From the NCBI GenBank assembly GCA_000004985.1, contig GG738855.1: 64,000 bases of DNA; one strand, given 5' to 3'. Of the stretch, positions 52,152 through 63,617 are shown one piece after another (the first letter of the stretch is position 1; the number at the start of each line of letters is the position of its first letter). This stretch comes from Naegleria gruberi (lineage: Eukaryota). The translations under genes and the position numbers were made by a program. The notes beneath the pieces were generated by a model. The model did not search any database and was not told where the DNA came from. It was given only the letters and a program-made list of their open reading frames with translations.

Positions 52152-52757
52152 TTATTGAGAGTAATAATCCTTTCTTGGTTTCCAAGTTTTCATTAGTTCA
52201 TTCTTTTGTTTCAAATTCTTAATAGCCTCATTTGGGTCAATAATTGCTAAATATCCAAAATTGAGTGGATGAGTTTGACACAAAGATGGTGTAGCTGTTT
52301 CAGATAATCTCTGATTGACCTCTACTAATTTTCCTTTCACATATGATTGTATTTCCAATGAGCAAATTGTTTCTGGAGACTCATTTGAGGCATATTCAAT
52401 TTTACAAATTATTGTGTTTGGTTGAATTGAGTGACATGGTAATTTTTGTTTGTTCTTTTTTCCATTGTTGTTATTTTGTTGTTTGACCTCCTTTGGTTTT
52501 TCATCATCCTCCATGGCATTATCGGATGGTGTTGTTGTAGTTGGTGGTTGAATTGGAAAATGCACTTTTACTACTCGGAAAGTATTTTGGCAAAGAAAGT
52601 GCTTCGGAGATAAACAAATCACAAATAAACCATTCTTATGTTCTTGAATACATAAATCATAATTTAAAATTGGGTCATTACTGGTTGTTGCAGGTTGAAT
52701 ATAGTAATCATCAATATTCTCGTTGATTAAAAGTTGGGTACGTTCACATTTACTCAT
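52152..52757 (-). CDS. Hypothetical protein (201 aa)
   Basis: ATG at 52757 (MSKCERTQLLINENIDDYYIQP..). Segments ..GLFVICLSPKHFLCQNTFRVVKVHFP.. and ..CSLEIQSYVKGKLVEVNQRLSE..PLNFGYLAIIDP.. look like a folded domain. Family not recognised. Confidence 0.4.
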   Translation of the reverse strand: MSKCERTQLLINENIDDYYIQPATTSNDPILNYDLCIQEHKNGLFVICLSPKHFLCQNTFRVVKVHFPIQPPTTTTPSDNAMEDDEKPKEVKQQNNNNGKKNKQKLPCHSIQPNTIICKIEYASNESPETICSLEIQSYVKGKLVEVNQRLSETATPSLCQTHPLNFGYLAIIDPNEAIKNLKQKNELMKTWKPRKDYYSQ

Positions 52758-52784
52758 TTTTTTAAATTAATTTTAAATTATTAA

Positions 52785-54906
52785 TTATTTATTGAGAGTG
52801 AATTTCTTTCGTTGTTGCTGAGAGTAAGCTAGTGTATTATACATGTTCTTGATTTCTGCTAATTGACGTTTCAATTGATCATTTTCTTCAAGTAATCGTT
52901 TCTGTTCTTCTTCTAATTCTGATTGTTGTGCTTCTGGGTCTAATCTTGGTGGAGTTCTTTGTCTAATAGATGGTAGCTCAAAGCTCGAAGATAATTGTGA
53001 AGATTCTCCTAGTTTATCCTTGAGTGCAGTTATGTGTTGTTCATAATTTCTTTTCTGTGTTTCAATAATTTCTTGGTAGGTCCTGATTTCCTCTTCCTTA
53101 GATCGTTTACTATGCTCAATTGTGAGTTTAAGAGCTTCATTTTCATCTCTGAGGAGCATTATTTCTTCCTGGAGTTGTGATGTTGAAGGATAATCGAACG
53201 TATTTCTTTCTCCTTTCAAGAATTGACATTTTCTTTCCAGTTCTGAAGTTTGCAATCGTTCTTTCATCAGTATTTCATTAGTCTCGTTCAGCTTTTGCTC
53301 CAGCTCTGTTATTTTAGATCCAGTAACTTTTTTAAGTTCTTTCAACTTTTCCAATTCTATAGTTGTAATAGTGAGTTTTAATCTTAATTCCTCATCCGGT
53401 GTGGTATTGGAAATTGGCTGTTTGAGATCGAAACTAGTATTTTGAAATTGTAGAGTGTCTAGTGCTCTTCTACTTGTGCTTTGAAGCTCATTTTTCAAAT
53501 ATTTGATGATTTCATCCTTTTGTTCAATGTCTTTGCCCTATAGAAAATATTAAGCAAAGCTTCATTAAAAGTACTACCTACCAGCCTTTTGATTTCTTGC
53601 TCTAATTGTGGAGCAGATGGTATAGATGCTCCAGATTTTGGCCTTCTTTTCTTTAAATTGTCAATTTCTGCTTTCAACAAATCGACAAGCTTGTTGTCAT
53701 TCTCGGATTTCTCAATCATTCTGGCCTGTTTGGCCTTAATCTCATTGTAGGTCTTTTCTAAAATTTTGTTTCTAGCCACAGATGCATCCAACTTATTCTT
53801 GACAGCTTTGATTTCTTCCACTTTTTCAGTAATTTCTTTTTTCAAATCGACAACTTCATTCCTTCTTTCTTGTTCAAGTTTTTCAATTGCTTTTCTTTGC
53901 CTCTCATCCACAGAAACAGTAGATAGTGTTGAAATGGAGCTGTTTTCATTGGCAGAGACTGATTGAGGAGATATACTATTAATTGTTGATGAGAGAGGAC
54001 TTGGAATATTTGAAATTGTAGGAGAAGAGATTGTTTGTGATTCTAACTTCTTTTGGAGATCCTTGACCTTATTTTTAAGTAAATAAATTTGTTGAGCTCT
54101 TCCTCTAAACCCGTCGCTATTGGTAAGAAGTGAATCAATCGACAAGTCATCACCAACTTCTTTTTGAATAAGAGCTCTCAGTTTCAAATTTTCATTCTTG
54201 TGCTTTTCTCCTTGCTCTCTAAGCATTTTCATTCGTTTCTCATAAGTTGCAGCCCTTTCTTTAAATTGTTTAAGTAATTTCATTGTTTCATCCTCTCCGT
54301 CCTCTTCTTCCACAGATCCTGAATTGGTTTCATTTAAGTTTTCCCTCACCTTAGAACTAAAATGTCTCAGATTGTTATTATTTGTGACTGTTATTGATCG
54401 ACTCGATTGTTGTAATTGTTGTACCTGTTGAGTAAGAACTGCAACTTTAGACTTTTCCTTATTCAATTTTACAATTATATTCTTATTTTTTTTTGCCAGC
54501 TCAATGAGCTTTTTGTCTCTCAAGTCTATTAATTCCTCCGAATCTTGATCATGAAGTCATTAAATTGAATCTTGTTGTAATATTACATACCATCCAAAAA
54601 CAAAGCTTCTACTTCTCGGTTTGTATTCCTCAACTCTTCCACAACTTCTTTTAAATCTCGTATTTCACTCTCCTTTGCTTCAAGCTCCTCTAGGAGAGAT
54701 TTATTTACATCTGGAGAGCCTTCCATTGCAAGTTTATCCAACTTGGCATAGGATGATGGTTTGTTGTTTCCTAAATCCTCAATATTTGGAGGAGTTTCGT
54801 CTCCGCTACTATTCTCTTCATCCAATTCCTTTTTTTTGATGATCTCCTTTGATTTTAATTCTTGTTTTGATGACGATTTTTGTAGTTGTTGTTTACTTGT
54901 CGACAT
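52785..54906 (-). CDS. Long coiled-coil protein (about 670 aa), 3 exons (54906-54591, 54525-53582, 53537-52785)
   Basis: ATG at 54906 (MSTSKQQLQK..). Introns of 64 and 44 nt (GTATGT..TTAATAG; GTAGGT..TCTATAG) link three track ORFs in frame (..EALFLD|DLRDKKLIELAKK.. and ..EQEIKRL|GKDIEQKDEIIKYLKNELQS..). Heptad repeats run throughout. Function unknown. Confidence 0.5.
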
Positions 54907-55005
54907 TTTTTTATTTGAATGAAAATTGTACTCTACTTTTGGCGGGAAAGTTTATTCAACCTCCCAACTGTTATCAAGACTTAAAACAGAGGAAATATAT
55001 TTTGA

Positions 55006-57585
55006 TTACATGATCGAACAACACTTAGCCTCCTTTTCTTGGACTGGTTTTCCTGGGTTCTTATTTGGGAGTGGTGTTGGTGGCATGAAAATAGGAGATA
55101 GTTGAATATCATCTGTGTGAAGAGTGTCATTAACATTCTTCGTTTGATTATTCTGTTTAGTGAGTGGAGGAGAGTTGGACTCAGAAGCATTAAGGTTGAC
55201 TGCAAAAATATTCTCATCAGTTTTGAGAGCACTGTTACTGGAGGAGGGTTTTTCCTTGACTGGAGTTTGTGGAGGAGATAGCTGGTATGGTGTGATGTAC
55301 TTTTCATTTTCTGGACCTTTCAAATCCTTGATATGAAAAAGAGAAAAGAATGTAGACTGAAGGGATGGATCCATTGGGTGTGGCTCCAACTTTTGTTTTC
55401 TATCAGCAAAAGGTACTGGTAAATAGAGATTTTCTCGTAATTTCCACTCATATTTGGCTCCTCTTTCGAATGGTATAGTTCTATTGTTCTGCACAACATC
55501 AATATTGTAATAGAAGGATTTGGACAGCTCATCTCTTTCCAACAAATTAGATCCTCCTCCCACGTTTACAAATGAATAGTAGAATGCAAATATTTTGAAT
55601 AATGATTGATTTCTTGAAGGGTCATTTTCAAAAATCTTGTAAAACTCTACAAAACAAGGCACATCTTCCTCAACCCAATCAAGCTCAGTAAGCTTTTTGT
55701 CAAGGAAAAGAGAAATACTGACATTGAGTATAAGTCTATAAGAATTATGGTGTGAGGAAGATATTATATCATCAACGTATCTGGTAACATCAGTTTTTCC
55801 AAAAAATGCTATTGAATGTTGCTCAATAGATCTCTTTTCAATAGCCTTGTTAAAGCTCATATCTATTACTTCCATAACAAAGTCTCGAGCTATAACTATG
55901 GAATCATAGGAGGGCTTGTGTTGTGGACTGGTTGGAGGAGAATAGAAAACGTCAGAAATATATCCAACTGGTGTTGGAGTACTAGACTTGGACTCACCAC
56001 TCATTTTAGAGAATGAAGATGATCGTGTTCTTTCCTTGTAGTTTTCCCTTCTCCACTGCATTAGTTTCCAATTTTTTGGTTGGCTTCTATCGTGCACTTC
56101 AAAAGAAGAAAAATCATTGTCATACATTTCAACACTCTCCGCAGTACTTATTTCACTAAACGTATCAGTGACATCATATTGATCTAGCTCTTGTTTAGTT
56201 TCAGGCAAAGAAGTTGCAACTGTAAGAGGACTGTTTGGCCGAGATGTGGTGAAACTTTTAGAATTTCCAGTTGTGTTGGGCCTAGAAGGTTTCTTCTTTG
56301 CTTTCATGTCCCCTATTGTTGGAGTTTTCACTCTTTGTATTTGAGTATTTACAGGAACTCTTTCCACACTCTTCCTTACATCAGTTACTATGGATGTAAG
56401 TGATGATATACTTCCTCTTCGAGGTGAATTTTGGGCTGATGGTGGTGGAAACATTGTGGAATTTGTGGGTATGGCATCTTTAAGACTTGGTTTCTTAACA
56501 GCAGTTGAACCAATACTACCACTCGATGTATTGGCTGTACTTGTCTTATCCCACTGTTGCTTCTTCTTTTCTGAGGGTTCTTTACATTTAATTTCATCGG
56601 TTGGATTGAAAAATTGAGGCTTATATCCCATATCCTTAATTGGTTTTGAAGGTTCCGATCTCCTTAATGGATCAACGGCATTTGTTTTTGTTTTTGGTTT
56701 AGATTTTGTTATTATTACTGGTTGAGGGGGTGGAGGTTGGTTAATTGTTTCAATTGTGGCTTGTTTCTTTGCTTTTTCATCATTTACATATTTTGACTCG
56801 TCTTCAAGAACTGGGGAAGCTTGGAAAAACTCATCCTCAGAAGAATCTCCAATTAAAAAGTCGTCTTCCTCCTTTTTTTCTACTTTGGAGCCGGGCACTG
56901 AGAATGTTATTTGAGTTTTTGGATTGCCTTGAATGTTAGGAGTAAAAAGCCACTCTCCACTTTCGTCTTCTTGAGCCTCGCTCAGTAATTTTGAGGCAGC
57001 CATCAATCTAATGTTATGAGCAACAGATTTTCTGTCACTAATATTGGGTAAAACCTTATCCTCTGTTAGAAGGTCTTTTTGAGATCCAGGTTTAAGGTTG
57101 AGTAGTTTTGCAGAATTTCCTAACGGAGAAGGGTAATGAATATACTTCTCATTAATTAAATAATTATTTACACCTTTCTTTTCAATTAGATTTCCACTTG
57201 GAGTTTCATATTTGATGTCTGGCATTAGAGAATCCATTTTTGTAATATAATATGCTTTGTCCCTCTCCTTTTTTACCATTATCTCCTTTTCAAAGAATTC
57301 CCCATCCATAAAACGTTTCTCTTCATCACCCATTGAGAGGTTTGCTCTCGGCGTTAGAATTGTTGGAGAAAGCAAAATGTCACTCATTTCAAGAGGTGAT
57401 AATTTACTTCCTGTTGGATCAAAGAAAGATCCTCCTAAAGATCCATTCAAATCATCAAATTCATCATCCAAAATACTTGTTTGTTTGAGCATGGTAAGAT
57501 TGGTATCCATCTCCCGCTGCATCTCCTCAATGGATTGTTGATTATCAAACAAATCCAACTCGCTATTGTCCAACAAACTAGACAT
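55006..57585 (-). CDS. Large S/P-rich hypothetical protein (859 aa) ending in a CaaX-type motif (CCSIM*)
   Basis: ATG at 57585. Structured N- and C-terminal regions flank a long S/T/P/K-rich disordered middle. The C-terminus ..KEAKCCSIM is a candidate prenylation box. Confidence 0.5.
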   Translation of the reverse strand: MSSLLDNSELDLFDNQQSIEEMQREMDTNLTMLKQTSILDDEFDDLNGSLGGSFFDPTGSKLSPLEMSDILLSPTILTPRANLSMGDEEKRFMDGEFFEKEIMVKKERDKAYYITKMDSLMPDIKYETPSGNLIEKKGVNNYLINEKYIHYPSPLGNSAKLLNLKPGSQKDLLTEDKVLPNISDRKSVAHNIRLMAASKLLSEAQEDESGEWLFTPNIQGNPKTQITFSVPGSKVEKKEEDDFLIGDSSEDEFFQASPVLEDESKYVNDEKAKKQATIETINQPPPPQPVIITKSKPKTKTNAVDPLRRSEPSKPIKDMGYKPQFFNPTDEIKCKEPSEKKKQQWDKTSTANTSSGSIGSTAVKKPSLKDAIPTNSTMFPPPSAQNSPRRGSISSLTSIVTDVRKSVERVPVNTQIQRVKTPTIGDMKAKKKPSRPNTTGNSKSFTTSRPNSPLTVATSLPETKQELDQYDVTDTFSEISTAESVEMYDNDFSSFEVHDRSQPKNWKLMQWRRENYKERTRSSSFSKMSGESKSSTPTPVGYISDVFYSPPTSPQHKPSYDSIVIARDFVMEVIDMSFNKAIEKRSIEQHSIAFFGKTDVTRYVDDIISSSHHNSYRLILNVSISLFLDKKLTELDWVEEDVPCFVEFYKIFENDPSRNQSLFKIFAFYYSFVNVGGGSNLLERDELSKSFYYNIDVVQNNRTIPFERGAKYEWKLRENLYLPVPFADRKQKLEPHPMDPSLQSTFFSLFHIKDLKGPENEKYITPYQLSPPQTPVKEKPSSSNSALKTDENIFAVNLNASESNSPPLTKQNNQTKNVNDTLHTDDIQLSPIFMPPTPLPNKNPGKPVQEKEAKCCSIM

Positions 57586-57690
57586 TTAAAATGTTTTTCA
57601 ATGATAATGGTGCAGATGATGTTTTGATCTATCAAATTAAGTAGTGCCTTAAATCGTCCTAGTCGTATTTTTTTTTAAATTTTTAAATCA

Positions 57691-57701
57691 TTTGGCGCCA
57701 A
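57691..57701. promoter_or_regulatory. TTTGGCGCCAA palindrome (E2F-like) in the divergent promoter between the CaaX-ending gene and the PAP2 gene
   Basis: Exact TTGGCGCCAA 10-mer, preceded by T-rich runs. Confidence 0.5.
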
Positions 57702-57997
57702 CTCCTTTCAACGGCAACAAAGGGCCTGTTCTTTTTTCTAAGGACAAACCATATCAATCCTATGATACGATAACGTATTAATAAATTAATTTGTTTGATT
57801 CAGATCTACAGGATTCTTAGAAGATATATAATACTCTTTGTAAGGAATTGAAAATGATCTCTTCAATATTGAACTAGATACTTTGTTACTACCATATATC
57901 AGCCCAACTCACGGCAATTTATTTAATAATCGTGATAGACCTTGAAATTAGAGGCCTTGAAATTGTTGGCAGGGAAGATGCGTATGGCAAATAAAAA

Positions 57998-58803
57998 ATG
58001 GCTAAACAACTCTTCCAAGTTCATCATCAGCAGAATCAACAACAACAACATGAAGAGGTGAAAGATGTCATCACGGGATTTGGTATTATCATAGTATTAT
58101 GTTTTTCTCAATATTTGATTGGATTCTTTTTAAATTATAATAACTTTACTTTATACGAATACTTTGCCACATGTGTTGTTTCTTTATTTGCATTTGTTGG
58201 AGGATTTGAACTATATTTCAAAGTAAGTGATTATGATTGATAGGTCAATATCTTAATTATCCACAGTCACAAAGAATTGTAATGGCCAAACCTAGAGATT
58301 TTATCAATTTACATTGTAAATTAGATGACTGGATACCCTTTATTCCTCATGCTATTTATTTGTATTCTTTTGGAGATTTATTTATCATGTCTCTGATTAT
58401 ACCCACCTCACCTGATTTGGAATATTTATTTAGAGTCTTATTTGGAATGCTTCTAGTGACAATTACACAATGTATTTTCTTTGTAATTTTCCCATCCAAT
58501 ACTCCAGATTTCTATCGGGATAGCATAGCTCACTATGAGTCAAAAAACGGAAAGTTGGACAACTTGACAAAGTATTTCTATGAAAAGATGCACAAAGCAG
58601 ATCTGAATATCAACACAGTACCATCAGGCCATTGCTCTCTGGCTACCTATTTGTCACTCACTCAACTCCACATTTTTGGATATTGGACTTTATTGAATCC
58701 ATTGGCAATTGGAATAAGTTGTGTCCTCACCAAACAACATTCAATACTGGACACTTTTGCAGGAGCACTATTTGGATATTTTCTCTTCATTCTCATTCAT
58801 TAA
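57998..58803 (+). CDS. PAP2-superfamily (type 2 phosphatidic acid phosphatase-like) membrane protein, 2 exons (57998-58222, 58267-58803)
   Basis: ATG at 57998. A 44-nt intron (GTAAGT..CCACAG) joins ..LYFK|SQRIVMAKPRDF... The PAP2 catalytic motifs PSGHCS and ..TKQHSILD are present. Multi-TM. Confidence 0.7.
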
Positions 58804-58899
58804 ATTCGCTGTATTTCCTTCCTCAATAATATCAAATCACAATTAGAATCTACTCTTTTCCCAACAGCAAAGAAATTAAAAAATCAATTCACATAAAAA

Positions 58900-61637
58900 A
58901 TGGCTGGATTGAAAAAACTTTTAAATAAGAAAAAGTATGTCCTCTCCATGTTTCCCTATCCGAGTGGTAATTTGCACATGGGACATGTTAGAGTGTACAC
59001 AATTTCGGACCTCATTGCTAGGACTCATAAAATGTTAGGGTACAATGTTATTCATCCATTTGGTTTTGATGCCTTTGGATTACCTGCAGAGAATGCTGCC
59101 ATTGAGAGAGGTGTTTCTCCAGCAGATTGGACTCACAAGAATATTGCTCACATGAAGGAACAAATTAAAGCCTTGGATTTTGATTTTGATTGGGAGAGAG
59201 AAGTGATAACTTGCAATCCGGAATATTACAAGTGGACACAATGGCTTTTCCTTCAACTCCACAAGAAGGGATTAGCCTATCAACAAGAAGCTTTGGTAAA
59301 TTGGGATCCGATTGATAATACTGTATTGGCCAATGAACAAGTTGATAGTCAGGGAAGATCTTGGAGATCTGGTGCTTTGGTGGAGAGAAAGAATTTGAGA
59401 CAATGGTTTTTCAAAATTAGAGAATTTGCAAACGTATGTTTAATGCAATATGATTCAGTATTATTTAGTGATGATGATTTTTAAATTTGGAATTTATTAA
59501 TAATTATTCTGTAATTCTGATTTAATGATAATTAATTGATGATTTAATGTTGGATGAATAATATTAATAATAGGAATTATTGGAAGATGCTGATACTTTG
59601 GAAAATTGGCCAATTAATGTTAGAACAATGCAAAAACAATGGATTGGAAAATCGGAAGGAGCTGAATTTTCTTTTGAAACAACTAGTGGAAGTAAGATTA
59701 CTGTCTTTACAACAAGACCAGACACAATTTATGGTGTCACTTATTTAGCTGTTGCTCCAGAAAATGATAAATTAATTGCTGCAATGGTTCCAGAATCGGA
59801 TAAATCTAGAGTTGATGCTTTTATTAAGCGTCTTTCATCATTGACAAGTGTGAAGAGAAATGAAGTTGCCAGCAACTCAAAAGAAGGTTGTTATACTGGT
59901 GTTGATGCTATTCATCCAATCACCAAAGAACGTATTCCAATTTATATTGCCGATTATGTCATTGCTGACTTTGCTGAGGGATGTGTTATGGGAGTCCCAG
60001 CTCACGATACCAGAGATTTTGAATTTGCTCAAAAACACTCCATCCAAGTTAAGAGAGTAATCAAACCACTCGATGATATTGTCGATGAAAATCAATGCTA
60101 CACTGAAAAGAATGGTATTCTCGTTAATTCTGCACAATTTAATGGTATGAAAATTGCTGAAGCTACACCAAAAATTATTCAATTTGCTAAAGAACAAGGT
60201 TTTGGTGGGCCATCTGTCCAATTCAAATTGAGAGATTGGTTAGTTTCAAGACAAAGATACTGGGGTGCACCAATTCCAATCATTCATTGTCCTCAATGTG
60301 GACCTGTTCCAGTTCCTGAAAAGGACTTGCCAGTTCTTTTGCCAACAAATATTGAATTTACTGGTAAGGGACCATCTCCATTGGCCAAAGTTGAAGATTG
60401 GATTAATGTCAAATGTCCATGTGGAAAGGGTATCGATTGTAAACGTGATACTGATACTATGGATACCTTTGTTGATTCATCTTGGTATTTCCACAGATAT
60501 ACCGATGCCAAGAATGATAAGGAGGCATTTAGTGTAGAAAAATCCGATAAGGAAATGAATGTAGATATCTATATTGGAGGTATTGAACATGCCATTCTTC
60601 ACTTGCTCTATTCTAGATTCATTCACAAATTCCTCCACAGTGAAGGATATATGAAACATAAGGAACCATTTGATACTCTCCTCACTCAAGGAATGGTCCA
60701 AGGTGAAACATTCAAAGATTTGGATAACAATAAGTATTACAAACCAGAAGAAATGACAAGATTGGAAGATGGCACAGTTGTAGATAAGAATACTCTCAAA
60801 CCATTGACAAGCGTTTGGGAAAAGATGTCCAAATCCAAATATAATGGTGTAGATCCAGAAGCTGTTGTGAAAGAATTTGGTTCAGATACTGTTCGTCTCT
60901 ACATTCTATTCAAAGCTCCATATGATAAGGAGTTGATGTGGGAACAAAATCAAATTTTGGGGCAACAAAGATTCCTTGCTCGTTTGGATGGTTTGATTTC
61001 CAACTTTGCTAAACGTAAATCTGAAAATGTACAACAATCTGAAGTGGAAACATCTGATGATGAATTCAAATTCTTGAAGGAGATTTATTCTCTCATTGAA
61101 CAAACACGTGAAGGTGTGACATCTCGTTATACATTCAATGTTTGTGTTTCTAATCTCCACAAATATGGTATTGCTCTCCAAGAATATGAAGAAAAGATTG
61201 GAAATACTAAGGCTTATGAAGAAGCAATGCTTTTGTTACCATCTGTTATGGCCCCTTTCACACCAATATTTGCTGAAAAGACCTTCAAGACAGTGACAGC
61301 TCATTTACCAAAAGATCACCCACTCAAACAATGTACATCTGTGTTCGAAACTGCCTTCCCAACTGTTACTCCAAGCGAAATTAAGGTTGAAAAGAAGAGT
61401 CAACTCTGTGTCGTGCAAGTGAACGGTAAGAGAAGAGACGAGCTCCAAATTCCAATGTCCCTTTTAAAGATTGCCAACAATTCTGAAAGACAAACAGCTG
61501 TTGAATCATTTGTTATGAGTAACAGTAGAGTTATTGCTATCAAGAGGGAACAAAATGAAACATTCAAAAAGATTATTCACGTCGACAAGATGAAACATCA
61601 ATATGTAATCAATTACATTGTCGAAGAAAAAGAATAA
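58900..61637 (+). CDS. Leucyl-tRNA synthetase, bacterial/organellar type (probable mitochondrial LeuRS), 2 exons (58900-59433, 59574-61637)
   Basis: ATG at 58900. Signatures [23 protein letters not shown] (HMGH) and KMSKSKYN (KMSKS). A 140-nt intron (GTATGT..AATAATAG) joins ..FFKIREFAN|[29 protein letters not shown]..., collinear with bacterial LeuS (about 866 aa). Only a 12-aa basic N-terminal extension ([12 protein letters not shown]). Confidence 0.9.
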
Positions 61638-61641
61638 AAAT

Positions 61642-63129
61642 TTATCTCTTTGGTGGCCTTATCAATTGTTTCTTCACTTTCATTGGGAACATGTTGGCAA
61701 AGAACATTGGATCTTTCATCATTTGTTCACTCATTTTCTTTGGATCCTTCATGGCTGCTGAACCAGCCTTACTGATGAATGATTTCATCTTTTCGTACAT
61801 CTTGAGCATCTTGTTTACATCGGTAACTTCAACCTTAGCTCTCTTAGCCAAGTCCAATCTTCTGGCACTCGATGATTCAACCAAGAGAGGTTGCAATTTT
61901 TCTTGTTCAGACATGCAACTAATGATATGTTCGTGATTATCAATGAATGACAAGTCCATATTATCCAATTTATCTCTGAATTTACCAATAAATTGTTCTG
62001 GAAGGTAACTGGCCATATTTTTCAGAGATCCCATCTTTTTAAGCATTTGAATTTGATCTTGATAATCCTTGAATGTGTATGCACCCTTACTGAATTGAAC
62101 AAGTTTTTGTTGAGCTTGAGCAGCATCCAAATTCATGGCATCCTTAGCTTTTTGAGCGAGAGTCATAATGTCACCTCCACCCAAAATTCTCTTAGCCAAA
62201 CTTTGGGGATCAAAAGTTTCCAAATCATCCATCCTTTCACCAATACCAATATATTTAACACTCAAACCAACAACTTGTTTCATACTGATAGCACAACCAC
62301 CACTGCTAGTACCATCCATTCTTGTCAAAACAATACCAGATAAACCAACACGATCGTGGAATTGAGTAGCAATATTCACAGCGTCGTTACCAAGCATAGA
62401 GTCTGCAACCAACAAGGTTTCATTTGGTTGAACAATAGCTCTTAATTCTTCCAATTCTGTCATGAGTTGTTCGTCAATGTGCATTCTACCAGCTGTATCG
62501 AAAATTACAGTATCAAATTGTTCACCATTTGGACCCACATATTCCATAGCTCTCTTTGCAATTTCAATTGGATTTTGTTCTGGAATAATTGGAAGTGATT
62601 CGACTTGAATTTGTTGAGCCAATGTTTGAAGCTGCATTTGAGCTGCAGGTCTGTAAGTATCAAGTGATACCAACAAGACTCTTCTATTTTCCTTTCTCTT
62701 TAATTGTAAAGCCAACTTGGCACTCGATGTGGTTTTACCAGAACCTTGAATACCTGTCACCATGATAACTGATTTACCTTCAGTGGATGGAATTAATTCC
62801 AAAGGAGCAACACCTCCACCCAACAATTCTGAAAGTCTATCCATCACCATCAAGTAAACAGTAGCAGATTTTGGTAATTCTTCAGCTTTTTGATTCGGAC
62901 CAACCCATTTTGCAATACGTGACAGTATTCCCTTATTTTCCTGTGATTCAACTTGTTTAACAGCTGCAATACCAATGGCATCCTCAGTGGCTTCCTTCAC
63001 AAATTGTGAAACAACAGATTCAGCAACATCAGCATCCAACAAGGCAACTCTAACTTTTTGCATGGCCTCTTCGACATCTTCCTTGGTGAGTGTCTTCTTT
63101 TTGAAGAGATTAGTAAAAGCATCAGACAT
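61642..63129 (-). CDS. ffh: Ffh-type (bacterial/organellar) signal recognition particle protein SRP54, probable mitochondrial
   Basis: ATG at 63129 (MSDAFTNLFKKKTLTKEDVEEAMQKVRVALLDADV..). GTPase motifs VIMVTGIQGSGKTTS, DTAGRMH and LTRMDGTSSGG. The region VLLVSLDTYRPAAQMQLQTLAQQIQV aligns with E. coli Ffh VLVVSADVYRPAAIKQLETLAEQVGV rather than cytosolic SRP54. A Met-rich C-terminal M-domain is present. The track start at 63189 is a GTG. The stop is 4 nt from the LeuRS stop. Confidence 0.8.
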   Translation of the reverse strand: MSDAFTNLFKKKTLTKEDVEEAMQKVRVALLDADVAESVVSQFVKEATEDAIGIAAVKQVESQENKGILSRIAKWVGPNQKAEELPKSATVYLMVMDRLSELLGGGVAPLELIPSTEGKSVIMVTGIQGSGKTTSSAKLALQLKRKENRRVLLVSLDTYRPAAQMQLQTLAQQIQVESLPIIPEQNPIEIAKRAMEYVGPNGEQFDTVIFDTAGRMHIDEQLMTELEELRAIVQPNETLLVADSMLGNDAVNIATQFHDRVGLSGIVLTRMDGTSSGGCAISMKQVVGLSVKYIGIGERMDDLETFDPQSLAKRILGGGDIMTLAQKAKDAMNLDAAQAQQKLVQFSKGAYTFKDYQDQIQMLKKMGSLKNMASYLPEQFIGKFRDKLDNMDLSFIDNHEHIISCMSEQEKLQPLLVESSSARRLDLAKRAKVEVTDVNKMLKMYEKMKSFISKAGSAAMKDPKKMSEQMMKDPMFFANMFPMKVKKQLIRPPKR

Positions 63130-63617
63130 ATTAGAGGTCAAGTTTGAAAATAGACCATATTGTTTTGGTGAAGAGTGGAAGAATCTCACTTGTTGTTGAT
63201 TGTATTGTTGAAGAACATTTGGAGCCCAACATTCTTGTTATTTGATGAAAATAAACTTGTATGATGGCACAAGGCTGGTGAAAATACTTCCGATGATGAA
63301 AAGACAATTTTACAGTGATGATGTGTGTTGGCTGTCTTTAAAAATCGTGAGAGGAGAGAACGACTATTACTTTTAAACATTTTTTTCTAATCTGTGTTGT
63401 TTTATTATTATAATTGTTTCTTCATGTATCTAATTGATGTGATGATAACAAATTGTTGTACTATTAGATATTATGAACGACGACAATTAAATAATTAATA
63501 TTATATTATAGTTTTTATTGTTTGAAAAAGGTGTCGAAAATTAAAATCAACCAAAACAAAGACCCATTTTGGTTAATATTGTTGTTATTGTTGGTGTTAA
63601 AAGGTGGTAGAGTAGAA

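Noticed and set aside
63186-63380. Calling the MFKSNSRSLLSRFLKTA.. mini-ORF a confirmed first exon of Ffh
   Set aside because: I could not find any canonical donor/acceptor pair that brings it into the Ffh frame. It is kept as an open question in the findings rather than annotated as CDS.
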